A DNA stretch of 60,047 nucleotides, counting the filler. It is 3 parts of 3 records of this genome, joined end to end, with 100 filler letters (N's around TTAATTAATTAA, not from the genome) between each part and the next. Parts side by side here need not be neighbours in the genome. Positions count along the whole stretch, not along the records: positions 1 to 24,571 come from SRR22947725_2607; 2 more parts are not named here. One strand, written 5' to 3'. Of the stretch, positions 8,862-18,626 are shown piece after piece. The notes beneath the pieces are model-generated. The model worked only from the letters and a program-made list of their open reading frames with translations, ran no database searches and was not told where the DNA came from. Numbering within the stretch: the stretch's first letter is position 1; every line of letters begins with the position of its first letter. The translations under genes and the position numbers were made by a program.

Positions 8862-10475
8862 TTATTGGCCGCCGATTTTACCTGCTAGGATTCCATAGTC
8901 TGTAGCTATACGATAACTTGGATCATCATCCATATCTACAATCAGTTGACCTGCTTTTGCGAGTAGAGCGTGGCAATCGCGAGACAAATGGCGGAGCATT
9001 AATTTTTTTCCTGCCAATTCGTATTTTGCAGCAATTGCATCAATTGCCTGTAACGCACTATGGTCAACTACGCGTGATCCATTGAAATCTATTATAACTG
9101 TGTCTGGATCATTTTCTGGTTCAAAAAGCTCTTGAAACCTTGTTGTTGATCCAAAGAATAATGGTCCAGATAATTCGTATACTATTGCGCCTTTTTCAGT
9201 TTCAGACAAACGAGCATGGACCTGAATCTGAGATGCAGCATTCCATGCGTAAACTAATGCTGAAATAATAACACCAACAATAACAGCTGTAGCTAAATCA
9301 GAGTATACTGTTACAGCAGTTACAACAATAATAACTAGGATATCAGACATTGGAATGCGACCCATCAACTTAATTGATTGCCAAGCAAATGTTCCTATCA
9401 CTACCATAAACATTACACCCACTAGTGCAGCTAAGGGTATTAAATCGATAATGCCACTTGCAAAAAGTATAAATACTAAAAGGAATATTGAGGCTGAAAT
9501 ACCTGCTAAGCGTGTGCGTCCACCAGAATTAACATTAATCATAGATTGGCCGATCATTGCACAACCTCCCATTCCACCAAAGAAACCTGTTACAATATTA
9601 GCGCCACCTTGTGCTAAACATTCCTGACTGGCACCACCTTTTTTACCAGTAATGTCGCCAACAAGGTTTAATGTTAGAAGACTTTCAATTAACCCAATTG
9701 CAGCCAATATTAAAGCATATGGAAAGATTATAAAAAACGTGTCTAAATTTAATGGTACGATTGGAATGGAGAATGTTGGTAAGCCACCTTTGACAGATGC
9801 TAAATCATCCACACGTGGAACAGGAATATCAAAAAGAATTACCATTGTTGCAACTAATCCAATTGCAACTAATGGAGCTGGTATTGCTCGAGTAATTTTG
9901 GGTGTAATCCAAATTAAAAGCATTGTTAATGCAACTAAGCTTAATGTTATGAAAAGAGTTGCGCCAGTCATCCAAACATGATGCCCACTGTCATCAATAA
10001 TTTTGAAATGCTCCATTTGTGCAAGAAAAATAACAATTGCTAAGCCATTTACAAAGCCAAGCATTACCGGATGAGGTACCAATCTCATAAACTTACCTAA
10101 TCTAAATACTCCGGCCATTACTTGTAGTAAGCCCATTAAAATTACAGTCGCAAAGAGGTATTGAACACCGTGGTTTGCAACTAAAGCAACCATAACAACC
10201 GCTAGAGCACCTGTTGCACCAGAGATCATTCCAGGACGTCCACCAAATACAGCAGTAATAAAGCCAACAATAAATGCAGCATATAAACCAACTAATGGCT
10301 CAACTCCTGCGACAAAAGCAAATGCAACCGCCTCAGGTACCAATGCTAGAGCAACTGTTAAGCCAGATAGAATATCTGTTTTAGCTTGCATTGGAGTCAT
10401 CAAGGTATTGTTTGGACTTCTGTCAGGCATTCGTAATTTGCGCGTGAAATCTGCAATTGTTGTAAACTTAGCCAT
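8862..10475 (-). CDS. SulP family inorganic anion transporter with STAS domain
   Basis: GLTVALALVPEAVAFA, GGRPGMISGATGA, GGCAMIGQS; C-terminal STAS GPLFFGS. Confidence 0.93.
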   Translation of the reverse strand: MAKFTTIADFTRKLRMPDRSPNNTLMTPMQAKTDILSGLTVALALVPEAVAFAFVAGVEPLVGLYAAFIVGFITAVFGGRPGMISGATGALAVVMVALVANHGVQYLFATVILMGLLQVMAGVFRLGKFMRLVPHPVMLGFVNGLAIVIFLAQMEHFKIIDDSGHHVWMTGATLFITLSLVALTMLLIWITPKITRAIPAPLVAIGLVATMVILFDIPVPRVDDLASVKGGLPTFSIPIVPLNLDTFFIIFPYALILAAIGLIESLLTLNLVGDITGKKGGASQECLAQGGANIVTGFFGGMGGCAMIGQSMINVNSGGRTRLAGISASIFLLVFILFASGIIDLIPLAALVGVMFMVVIGTFAWQSIKLMGRIPMSDILVIIVVTAVTVYSDLATAVIVGVIISALVYAWNAASQIQVHARLSETEKGAIVYELSGPLFFGSTTRFQELFEPENDPDTVIIDFNGSRVVDHSALQAIDAIAAKYELAGKKLMLRHLSRDCHALLAKAGQLIVDMDDDPSYRIATDYGILAGKIGGQ

Positions 10476-10489
10476 TGAGTGTTCCTTAT

Positions 10490-10546
10490 GGGATTTTTTG
10501 CCTTCTAGGCGATTTTAAGTTGAACTTAAAGTCCGAAAGATGACTA
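10490..10546 (-). promoter_or_regulatory. Candidate structured 5' leader of sulP (possible sul1-type RNA motif)
   Basis: Two abutting hairpins (10511-10533, 10500-10510) enclosed by GGA/UCC, immediately upstream of the AAGGA RBS. Confidence 0.35.
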
Positions 10547-10592
10547 GATTAGCTTGATTAGAAGATTTGCGACTTATTACGTAAAGAATTAG

Positions 10593-11012
10593 TTAAGTAT
10601 CATTAATTTTGCCACGGAGCATTTTAATTTGACCACGCTTTGTCTTTGAATCTATTCTTCGGCGCTGTGATGCTCTAGTTGGTTTGGTTTTGATACGGTA
10701 TTTAGGTTGTTCAGTGGCTTCAATTATTAGTGTTTTTAATTTTTTTAGTGCAAGTGCTCTATTTAGTGGCTGTAAGCGATGTTTTTCAGCTGTAATTATT
10801 AATGCTCCATCCTTTGTCCACTTACGCCCTGCAATTTTACGCAATCTTGCTTTAACAAATGGTGGTAAATTTGGGGATCGTTCTGCTTCGAAACGTAACT
10901 CAACTGCAGATGAAACTTTATTTACATGCTGACCCCCAGGGCCAGATGAGCGCATAAAGCTTTCTGTTATTTCCCATTCTTCAATGTTTATTTTATCTGT
11001 AATTTTTATCAT
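10593..11012 (-). CDS. arfB: Alternative ribosome-rescue peptidyl-tRNA hydrolase ArfB
   Basis: RSSGPGGQHVNK and basic C-tail KPTRASQRRRIDSKTKRG; start set to ATG 11012 because the ORF-track extension runs through a terminator. Confidence 0.93.
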   Translation of the reverse strand: MIKITDKINIEEWEITESFMRSSGPGGQHVNKVSSAVELRFEAERSPNLPPFVKARLRKIAGRKWTKDGALIITAEKHRLQPLNRALALKKLKTLIIEATEQPKYRIKTKPTRASQRRRIDSKTKRGQIKMLRGKINDT

Positions 11013-11023
11013 AATAATAACTG

Positions 11024-11052
11024 AAAAAGCCCGCACCAAGGAATGCGGGCTT
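11024..11052 (-). terminator. Rho-independent terminator just upstream of arfB
   Basis: Minus strand AAGCCCGCA-TTCCTTGG-TGCGGGCTT followed by TTT; ends about 11 nt before the arfB ATG. Confidence 0.85.
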
Positions 11053-11127
11053 CTCTCAAGATTTAGAGGTGGCAAGCAAAACCTAAACAGGTTTTGAAGC
11101 CAGATAATTACTTAGGGGGGCTGCCCC

Positions 11128-11184
11128 CTAAAGCATTATCCCGCTCGTATCCTTCACCAGCTGCTCTGTTTTCTTAATAATCAT
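11128..11184 (-). CDS. Small ORF, 18 aa (MIIKKTEQLVKDTSGIML)
   Basis: AAAGGAGGTG-CGC-ATG with an extended SD; TAG stop at 11128-11130; below the ORF-track length cutoff. Confidence 0.45.
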   Translation of the reverse strand: MIIKKTEQLVKDTSGIML

Positions 11185-11338
11185 GCGCACCTCCTTTCAA
11201 TTGTTTCTTTTGATCGGAACGTAGTTACCGATATTTGAATCATGCAACGTCTTGATAAAAAATCCAAATGTTTTTTTATTTTTTTTAAATTTAAATTGAA
11301 AACGTATTTTAATGAGTGATTTTCATACAATATTATTT

Positions 11339-11962
11339 TTAAAGGCTTGCTTTCTGTAACCGTACAACAAGTAATCGAAATGGCACTAATGCAATTAGTG
11401 CAAGTGATACTTTTACAAGCCAATCAGCTAGACCAAGAGAAACCCATAGTGGCAACAGTGGTCCTAAACCAATAAGTGGCAGAATTTCATTGGCCCAAGC
11501 TACATCATTTGAAGGCTCTAAAGATGATAATGATACAGAAAAAGCAATTGTAAAAAACAATGCTGTATCTATGGATGATCCAACAAGTGTTGAGGTAAGA
11601 GGAGCCTGCCACCATTTATTTTTTCTTAATTTATCAAAAATTACTATATCAATTAGTTGAGCAATCAAAAATGCAAACCCAGATCCAATTGCTATTCTAA
11701 GTGTAACTAATGGACCAAATTCACCAATTATTTGAGTACCTATAAATGAACATAGTACACCAACACAAAAGCCAACAAATACAACTTTTCGAGCTTGATT
11801 AGCTCCGTATAAGCGATTTGTTAAATCTGTAATTAAAAAAGCAAATGGATAGGTGAATGCACCCCATGTAAGCCAGTTTCCCATTAAAAATTGAACTAGA
11901 ATGTTTGATGCTACGACAACAGCTGCCATGGCGATTATGCCAAAGATTAGACCGCGATTCAT
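11339..11962 (-). CDS. yhhQ: Queuosine precursor transporter (VUT/YhhQ family)
   Basis: VVASNILVQF, TWGAFTYPFAFLITD, RIAIGSGFAFLIAQLID, IDTALFFTIAF. Confidence 0.88.
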   Translation of the reverse strand: MNRGLIFGIIAMAAVVVASNILVQFLMGNWLTWGAFTYPFAFLITDLTNRLYGANQARKVVFVGFCVGVLCSFIGTQIIGEFGPLVTLRIAIGSGFAFLIAQLIDIVIFDKLRKNKWWQAPLTSTLVGSSIDTALFFTIAFSVSLSSLEPSNDVAWANEILPLIGLGPLLPLWVSLGLADWLVKVSLALIALVPFRLLVVRLQKASL

Positions 11963-11968
11963 AATAAA

Positions 11969-11997
11969 CTCCGTTTTGAAAAGGTTGCGGGAACTTT
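11969..11997 (-). promoter_or_regulatory. Candidate preQ1-I-like riboswitch overlapping the yhhQ RBS
   Basis: AAAG-UUCCCGCAAC-CUUU-UCAAAA-CGGAG: short stem, pyrimidine-rich loop, A-rich tail, and loop CCG able to pair with CGG at the SD. Confidence 0.5.
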
Positions 11998-12096
11998 GCT
12001 CTTAGAGAGCATTTTTCAGTTACCGCGTTTCATGAATTTTAGCAAGATAGCTTTTCAGCTAGTTATGTAAATTCAGGCAGTACTTTTATACATTTG

Positions 12097-13281
12097 TTAA
12101 ATGCCAACTTCTATAACAGCCTTTGCGATGGTATTAACCTTATCTAAAGTAACCCCAGCAATATTTAATCGACTATCAAAAACCATATAAATACCAAATT
12201 TATCACGCAATTTATTAACTTGTTCTTCAGTCGCTCCCAGCCGAGAAAACATTCCACGATGATGTTCAAGAAAATCAAATCTATTAGAGTTACATTCTTT
12301 GCGGAGTGCTTCAGCTAAATGTGTTCTCGCATCTAACATACCAACACGTACTTGTTCCAGTTCTGATACCCAATCTGTACGTAAATCGGGGTCTGTTAAA
12401 ACCATTGTTACTAATCTTGCTCCATGATCTGGTGGAAAACTAAAGTTTTGACGATTTACATAAGAGAGATTGCCTTGCGTTATAGAGCTAATGTCTGGAT
12501 TTTTTGACACAGTAATTACAATTCCGCATCGTTCACGATATATCCCGAAGTTTTTTGAGCAACTTGCAGCTATAAACATTTCTGGAAATTTACTTGCTAA
12601 AAGTCTAGTTCCAAAAGCATCCTCTTCAATGCCTTCACCAAAACCTTGATAAGCAATATCAATGAAAGGTATGGCGTCTTTTTCTAATAATAGGTCTGCG
12701 ATTATATTCCATTGTTCATTATTTAAATTAGCTCCAGTTGGGTTGTGGCAGCATCCATGCAAGACAACAATATCACCATTAGATATCTTGGATAAGTCTG
12801 AAACCATTGCTTCAAAATCTACTGCACGAGTTTCGTTGTTAAAATAACTATATTTACCGACTGCCATTTTTAAATGCTTAGCAATTGTTAAATGATTTCC
12901 CCATGTTGGGTCACTAAACCAAATCTTAGGATTGCTTTCTGTAAGCTTAACTAATTCTAAAACGTGATGAATTGCACCTGTTCCCCCTGGGGTAGCACAA
13001 AAAGATAGTCGGTCTCGATCAACACTATCAGCTAACACAAGATCTGCCATAGCATTATGGAATCCACTATCTCCAGTCATAGATGTATATGTTTTGGTAG
13101 ATTCTGTTTTCCATAAATGGCTCTCTGCTTTTTTTATAGAGCGCATAATTGGAGTGTTACCATGGGCATCTTTATAGACACCAACACCAAGATCTATTTT
13201 TTCTTGTCTTGGATCAGCATTATAGAGTGCTGATAATCCTATAATACGATCTGCAGGTTGTTTTTTTAAAGATGTAAGCAT
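12097..13281 (-). CDS. Aspartate/aromatic amino acid aminotransferase (AspC/TyrB family)
   Basis: IDLGVGVYKD, TPGGTGA, HGCCHNPTG, DIAYQGFG, SCSKNFGIYRER (PLP lysine). Confidence 0.93.
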   Translation of the reverse strand: MLTSLKKQPADRIIGLSALYNADPRQEKIDLGVGVYKDAHGNTPIMRSIKKAESHLWKTESTKTYTSMTGDSGFHNAMADLVLADSVDRDRLSFCATPGGTGAIHHVLELVKLTESNPKIWFSDPTWGNHLTIAKHLKMAVGKYSYFNNETRAVDFEAMVSDLSKISNGDIVVLHGCCHNPTGANLNNEQWNIIADLLLEKDAIPFIDIAYQGFGEGIEEDAFGTRLLASKFPEMFIAASCSKNFGIYRERCGIVITVSKNPDISSITQGNLSYVNRQNFSFPPDHGARLVTMVLTDPDLRTDWVSELEQVRVGMLDARTHLAEALRKECNSNRFDFLEHHRGMFSRLGATEEQVNKLRDKFGIYMVFDSRLNIAGVTLDKVNTIAKAVIEVGI

Positions 13282-13290
13282 TTAAGCCCC

Positions 13291-14109
13291 TTAATTAGTT
13301 GCAATCGGAAGGTCGTCTCGAAGACCCCATTCTGACCATGACCCGTCATACAACGCTGTCTGGTTATGGTCTAGTTGTTTTAAAGCTAGAATTATAATTG
13401 ATGCAGTTACGCCTGATCCGCAGGAAGTAATTATTGGTTTATCTAAATCAATTCCTGCTTCTAAAAATATTGATAGTAATTCTAATTTGGTTTTTAAACA
13501 TTTTTGCTCATTTAATAGTAATTTATAAAATATATTAACAGAATTAGGTATATGACCTGATCTGAGATTAACCCTTTGCTCAGGGGCTTCTCCAGAAAAC
13601 CTTTTTGGATGTCTTGCATCAATAATCTGTACTTTGGTTTCCAATATTTGTGAAACATCTACTATGCTTGAAGGTTCGAATGTAGACAAAAAGCTGCCAC
13701 GCTTTGCTTTTTGATGACTATCTGAAATAGGTTTATTTTCAGAAATCCATTTTGGTAAGCCTCCATCTAGAATAAAAACCTCAATATGGCCCATAATTTT
13801 AAACATCCACCAAGCTCTTGCGGCGGAGAACAAACCCTCAGTATCGTATATAATAATTTTTAAATTATTTGAGATGCCAAGATTTTCAACATGATCATTA
13901 AATGAAGATGGAGAAGGAAGCATGTGTGGTAAAGGGCTGTTAGTATCAGAAATTACGTCTATATCAAAAAACTGTGCGTTTGGGATATGTCTTGATTTAA
14001 ACTCATTAAATGAATCTCTATTTTCTGATGGTAAATACCATGAAGCATCAAGAACTATTACGTCCTGATGATTTTTTTCTAACCAATCTGTTGATACTGT
14101 AACTTGCAT
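13291..14109 (-). CDS. sseA: 3-mercaptopyruvate sulfurtransferase
   Basis: LDASWYLP, HIPNAQFFD, active-site SCGSGVTA, LYDGSWSEWG. Confidence 0.92.
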   Translation of the reverse strand: MQVTVSTDWLEKNHQDVIVLDASWYLPSENRDSFNEFKSRHIPNAQFFDIDVISDTNSPLPHMLPSPSSFNDHVENLGISNNLKIIIYDTEGLFSAARAWWMFKIMGHIEVFILDGGLPKWISENKPISDSHQKAKRGSFLSTFEPSSIVDVSQILETKVQIIDARHPKRFSGEAPEQRVNLRSGHIPNSVNIFYKLLLNEQKCLKTKLELLSIFLEAGIDLDKPIITSCGSGVTASIIILALKQLDHNQTALYDGSWSEWGLRDDLPIATN

Positions 14110-14210
14110 ATTTGAAACTTATATAAGAGTTAAGTTTTAGGTAAAGGTATTATATATCTTATTAAGGTAATTTTTATTTAAGTATGTAATCACTAAGAAA
14201 TCATAAATAA

Positions 14211-14687
14211 TTAACTATGCTCACGCAGTAGGCGAGATTTTTGACGGTTCCAATCTCGTTTCTTTTCGGTTTCCCGTTTATCAGATTGCTTTTTACCTTT
14301 AGCAGTACCGATTAATAATTTAACTTTTCCTTTGTCATTAAAATACATTTTCAATGCAACAATAGTCATAGCTTCGCGGCCTTTAGCTTGCCACAATTTT
14401 GATATTTGTTTTTTTGATACCAATAGTTTTCTTCTGCGCCGCTCTTCATGTCCAAAGTTTTGTGCTTGAGTATACAAAGAAATGTAAGAGTTAATTAACC
14501 ATAATTCTCCATTTTCTATATCTACATAACTCTCAGCAATATTGGCTGAACCAATGCGTAATGCCTTTACTTCCGATCCCATTAAAATAATCCCACATTC
14601 CAGGACGTCTTCAACAGCATAGTCATAGCGAGCACGACGATTCTCAACTATCATTTTGTTATTATCAGGTGTTTTCTTTTTTGCCAT
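14211..14687 (-). CDS. smpB: SsrA-binding protein SmpB
   Basis: [31 protein letters not shown]. Confidence 0.96.
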   Translation of the reverse strand: MAKKKTPDNNKMIVENRRARYDYAVEDVLECGIILMGSEVKALRIGSANIAESYVDIENGELWLINSYISLYTQAQNFGHEERRRRKLLVSKKQISKLWQAKGREAMTIVALKMYFNDKGKVKLLIGTAKGKKQSDKRETEKKRDWNRQKSRLLREHS

Positions 14688-14766
14688 AGTCTAATGGATA
14701 TAATCTATGAATAAGTTCATGCCAAGCCTATTAAAAATACTTAAATAAGCGTTCTCAGATAAAGTA

Positions 14767-15639
14767 TTAATCTAAAATTCCTGCATGACGCATTGCCTTT
14801 TGAATCTTTTCTTTTGTTTCATTTAATAAGCCACTTAATGGAAGGCGTACTTCTTCATTGCATTTACCTAATAGTGAAGCTGCATATTTTGCACCAACTA
14901 ACCCTGGCTCAGTAAATATTGCTTCATGTAATGGCATCAATTTATCTTGTAAGCTTAAAGCAGTCTTAAAATCTCCATTTGCTAATGAATTCTGAAAGCT
15001 TGCACACAATCTTGGAGCAACGTTTGCAGTTACTGAAATAGCACCGACGCCTCCATGAGCAAAAAAGCCAAGTGCACTCGCATCCTCAGCTGACATTTGA
15101 ATGAAATCTTCACCACATTCTAGTCTTTGTTGTGTAACACGTTCCATTGAAGCCGTAGCATCTTTTACTCCTACAATGAATTCTAGTTTAGCGAGTTCAC
15201 CCATAGTTTTTGGACTCATATCAACGACTGATCTACCGGGAATATTATATACAAAGATTGGCAAGCAAATATCATTTAATGCTTTGAAGTGCTCGTATAA
15301 TCCTCTTTGTGTAGGCTTGTTATAATATGGGGTTACTACAAGGGCAGCATCTGCACCCACATCTTTTGCAAATTGCATGAGTCTTAATGCTTCTATTGTG
15401 TTGTTTGAGCCTGCACCTGCAATAACCGGTAATCTTTTTGCATTGTGCTCTACTACGACACGAATTACTTCTTCATGTTCAGAATGAGAAAGAGTTGGGC
15501 TTTCACCAGATGTTCCTACTGGTACAAGTCCATGACTACCTTCAGCAACATGCCAATCAACTAAATGTTTAAGTGCATCAACATCTACTTTCCCATTTTT
15601 GAATGGTGTAATTAGCGCTGGCATTGAACCTTTAAACAT
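14767..15639 (-). CDS. dapA: 4-hydroxy-tetrahydrodipicolinate synthase
   Basis: [39 protein letters not shown]. Confidence 0.95.
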   Translation of the reverse strand: MFKGSMPALITPFKNGKVDVDALKHLVDWHVAEGSHGLVPVGTSGESPTLSHSEHEEVIRVVVEHNAKRLPVIAGAGSNNTIEALRLMQFAKDVGADAALVVTPYYNKPTQRGLYEHFKALNDICLPIFVYNIPGRSVVDMSPKTMGELAKLEFIVGVKDATASMERVTQQRLECGEDFIQMSAEDASALGFFAHGGVGAISVTANVAPRLCASFQNSLANGDFKTALSLQDKLMPLHEAIFTEPGLVGAKYAASLLGKCNEEVRLPLSGLLNETKEKIQKAMRHAGILD

Positions 15640-15784
15640 AACATTTCTCCTAAAAGTAAGTGATTCAAAATTTCTATAACCTTAAAATAGTGCCATGTGT
15701 ACCATGAAATTCAACTTCAATAATAGGTTGCTTTGAGAATAAACATTTTTATCATAAGAATATGTAAAATTCTTTGAGATCAAA

Positions 15785-17728
15785 ATGTTTCGATTACTAA
15801 AAATTAGTATTATATTCGTGTTTTTGTGGGCAATGCCCCTTTGTGCACAATCAAACCTTAAAGATATTTTAAACTTATCTGAGGGGTTAAATGCAATTGA
15901 ACGGGGTAATCAATCCGAATCTATTAATCACTTAAAAAAATCCACAAACCCAATAATTAGAAAAATTTTAAAATGGGCAATGTTGAGATCAGGAGATGGT
16001 GATTGGAAGGAATACCAAAGTTTTTTAAATAAAAATCCCCAATGGCCTGGCCTAAAAAAATTAAAAGAACGCGCTGAAGTAAAAATACCAAAAGCTGCAA
16101 ATTCCCAGGATGTATTAGATTTTTTTGGCAAGCAAAACCCACAAACTGGTACAGGTGCATTGAGATTAATGGAAGCGCTAAGGGATAAAAATAAGAACAA
16201 TAAAGCCAATGAGATTTTGCTTTATGCTTGGGGAAATCTTTCATTAAATTTAGACGAACACAGAGACTTTTTAAGCAATAAATCATTAACTAATCTTCAT
16301 CATGAGGAAAGGGTTAATAATCTTCTGTGGCGCGGTGATGTTAAATCAGCAAAAAAAATAGTGCATCTTCTATCTTCAAAGGTGCAAAAGCTTGCAAACG
16401 CAAGAATTGGACTTCAGTTAGGAACTTCTAACGTTGATTATTTGATTTCTAGCGTACCAGATATCTATAAAGATGATCCAGGGTTGGCATTTGATAGGTT
16501 CCAGTGGCGTATTAGGAAAAATAGATGGGAGGATGCTCAAGATTTACTAATAGATAGAACACAAATATCTGGTTTGGGTAGACCGGAGGAATGGGCAAGC
16601 CGCAGGAGAGGATTTGCAAGGCGAGCTATGCGAGCAAATCAACCAAAGATAGCATATTATTTAGCTAGCAATCATCAATTAAGTGATGGTGCTGATTATG
16701 CAGATCTAGAATGGTTGTCTGGATATATTTCCATGACTTATTTGAACGCTCCCAACCAAGCTCGTGTACATTTTAAAAATTTTAATGCAGCAGTATCCTC
16801 GCCAATTAGTAAGGCTCGAGCAGGATATTGGCTCGGTAAAGTAAATGAAAAAACAAATCAATTTGAACAGGCAGCAAAGGATTATAAACTTTCTGCTAAT
16901 TTTCAAATAACTTATTACGGACAATTATCTTCAGAGCGTCTAGGATTAACTAGTAATCAGTCACTTTTTGATAATGAAAATGTATTAAGTTGGAAAACTG
17001 CTAGTTTTGTTAATGAAACAGTTTTTCAAGCTGCCATACTATTACACAAGGCAAAAAAGCTTGTTATGATGAAGTGGTTTATGACACATATGGCTGAGAC
17101 ATTAGATCATAATGAATTGTTGAAATTATCAAATTATGCTTACGATCATAATGTGCCATATGTAGAAATTGGTATTGCAAAAGAAGCAGCTAAAAGAGGA
17201 ATTATTTTACCTAGGGCATATTTTCCTATCAGTGAAATATCCACATATTCAAATGAACTACCACCAGAGGTTATATTAGCGATTGCCAGACGAGAAAGCG
17301 AACTTAATATGAATGCTATAAGTCCTGCAGGTGCAATAGGGCTAATGCAAATATTGCCTACAACAGCAAGGCAAATGTCAAAAAAGTTAGGCCTTAAGTT
17401 TTCCAAAAAAAAATTGAAATCAGACTCAAAGTATAATGTAAGACTTGGATCTGCTTATTTGAACAAACTTATTGAGATGTATGAGGGTTCATATCTACTA
17501 GCTTTTGCTGCATATAATGCTGGGCCAAGAAAAGTTAATGAATGGATGAAGCTTTATGGAGACCCCAGAGATCCACTTATATCCGTAGTAGATTGGGTGG
17601 AGCATATCCCGTACAAAGAAACGCGAAATTATGTTATGAGAGTCGCCGAGAGCCTTCATATATACCGTATTAGAATTAATGGAGTTGCTTTGCCTGTAAG
17701 TTTAACAAAAGATTTAAAGAAAAGTTAG
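15785..17728 (+). CDS. slt: Soluble lytic murein transglycosylase (Slt70-like)
   Basis: Signal peptide; C-terminal SLT domain IARRES, AIGLMQ, AAYNAGP, ETRNYVMRV. Confidence 0.9.
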   Translation: MFRLLKISIIFVFLWAMPLCAQSNLKDILNLSEGLNAIERGNQSESINHLKKSTNPIIRKILKWAMLRSGDGDWKEYQSFLNKNPQWPGLKKLKERAEVKIPKAANSQDVLDFFGKQNPQTGTGALRLMEALRDKNKNNKANEILLYAWGNLSLNLDEHRDFLSNKSLTNLHHEERVNNLLWRGDVKSAKKIVHLLSSKVQKLANARIGLQLGTSNVDYLISSVPDIYKDDPGLAFDRFQWRIRKNRWEDAQDLLIDRTQISGLGRPEEWASRRRGFARRAMRANQPKIAYYLASNHQLSDGADYADLEWLSGYISMTYLNAPNQARVHFKNFNAAVSSPISKARAGYWLGKVNEKTNQFEQAAKDYKLSANFQITYYGQLSSERLGLTSNQSLFDNENVLSWKTASFVNETVFQAAILLHKAKKLVMMKWFMTHMAETLDHNELLKLSNYAYDHNVPYVEIGIAKEAAKRGIILPRAYFPISEISTYSNELPPEVILAIARRESELNMNAISPAGAIGLMQILPTTARQMSKKLGLKFSKKKLKSDSKYNVRLGSAYLNKLIEMYEGSYLLAFAAYNAGPRKVNEWMKLYGDPRDPLISVVDWVEHIPYKETRNYVMRVAESLHIYRIRINGVALPVSLTKDLKKS

Positions 17729-18597
17729 TTCTCTTTGATAATTTTCTCACGCCAAAGAGTGTATAATCCTGCTAAAATAACAATACTCGAACCAATCGCT
17801 GTGGAAAGCTTCAAGCTTTCTCCAAATACTATCATTGCTAAGGCGGATCCAAAAACCAACTGAAGATAAGCAAAAGGCTGTACACCACTAGCTTCTGCTA
17901 CTTCATAACATTTTATTAATAAGAAGTGTCCAAATGCACCAGTAACACAAAGTAAACACATCCACATCCAATCTTTGGAATTCATGGTTTCCCAAAAAAA
18001 TATACCTACCAAAGTTGTAACAACTAAACCCGCAATTCCAGTCCAAAAAAAGCTAGTTGCAGCACTATCTTGCCTAGCAACATATCTGGTCAGAAGGCCA
18101 TACAATGCAAATAAAATTGCAGAGCATAATGGAAAAATTGCGTATACACTGAATACTGAATACCCTGGCTGAAGAATTATTATTATTCCAAAAAAGCCTA
18201 TACAAATCGCAACGGATCTTCGCCAACCAACCCGTTCACCTAATATCGGTCCTGATAGTGCAGCAATGATTAATGGATAAATAGTAAATATGGCTAAACT
18301 TTCGATTAATCCAATTAAGACAAAACCAAGTACCATTATGCAAATTTCAACAGCAAGTATTATGCCTCTCAGGCATTGTAAAATAGGCTGATGTGTTGAA
18401 GCAGCTTTTTTGATTGATCCTACATTTGCCTTAGCCCAAAAGATTACAAATGCTGCAAAAAACCAATACCTGATCATTACGATCATAAACACATTGTACT
18501 CACCTGCTAAATATCGTGATATTCCATCCTGCATTGCAAATACAAATGTAGTTGCAATCATTAATATTATACCAAGACGAAGGTTTGATTGTTCCAT
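17725..18597 (-). CDS. DMT/EamA family transporter
   Basis: About 10 TM segments, LGERVGWRR; ATG 18597 preferred over the upstream TTG at 18609. Confidence 0.88.
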   Translation of the reverse strand: MEQSNLRLGIILMIATTFVFAMQDGISRYLAGEYNVFMIVMIRYWFFAAFVIFWAKANVGSIKKAASTHQPILQCLRGIILAVEICIMVLGFVLIGLIESLAIFTIYPLIIAALSGPILGERVGWRRSVAICIGFFGIIIILQPGYSVFSVYAIFPLCSAILFALYGLLTRYVARQDSAATSFFWTGIAGLVVTTLVGIFFWETMNSKDWMWMCLLCVTGAFGHFLLIKCYEVAEASGVQPFAYLQLVFGSALAMIVFGESLKLSTAIGSSIVILAGLYTLWREKIIKEN

Positions 18598-18626
18598 GTT
18601 TAATTCCAAAGATATGACTGAAATAT

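Larger units (their letters stand above)
11024..11232 (-). ncRNA. Candidate structured sRNA or leader transcript containing an 18-codon ORF
   Basis: Putative promoter TTGGAT-N17-CATGAT, 5' hairpin ATCGG..CCGAT, strong SD, internal hairpins and a terminal terminator. Confidence 0.55.

Noticed and set aside
11181..11423. 80-aa ORF from the track (MACKSITCTNC...)
   Set aside because: It overlaps yhhQ out of frame, runs through the AT-rich promoter region and has no recognisable motif. The 18-aa ORF with the strong SD is the better candidate here.
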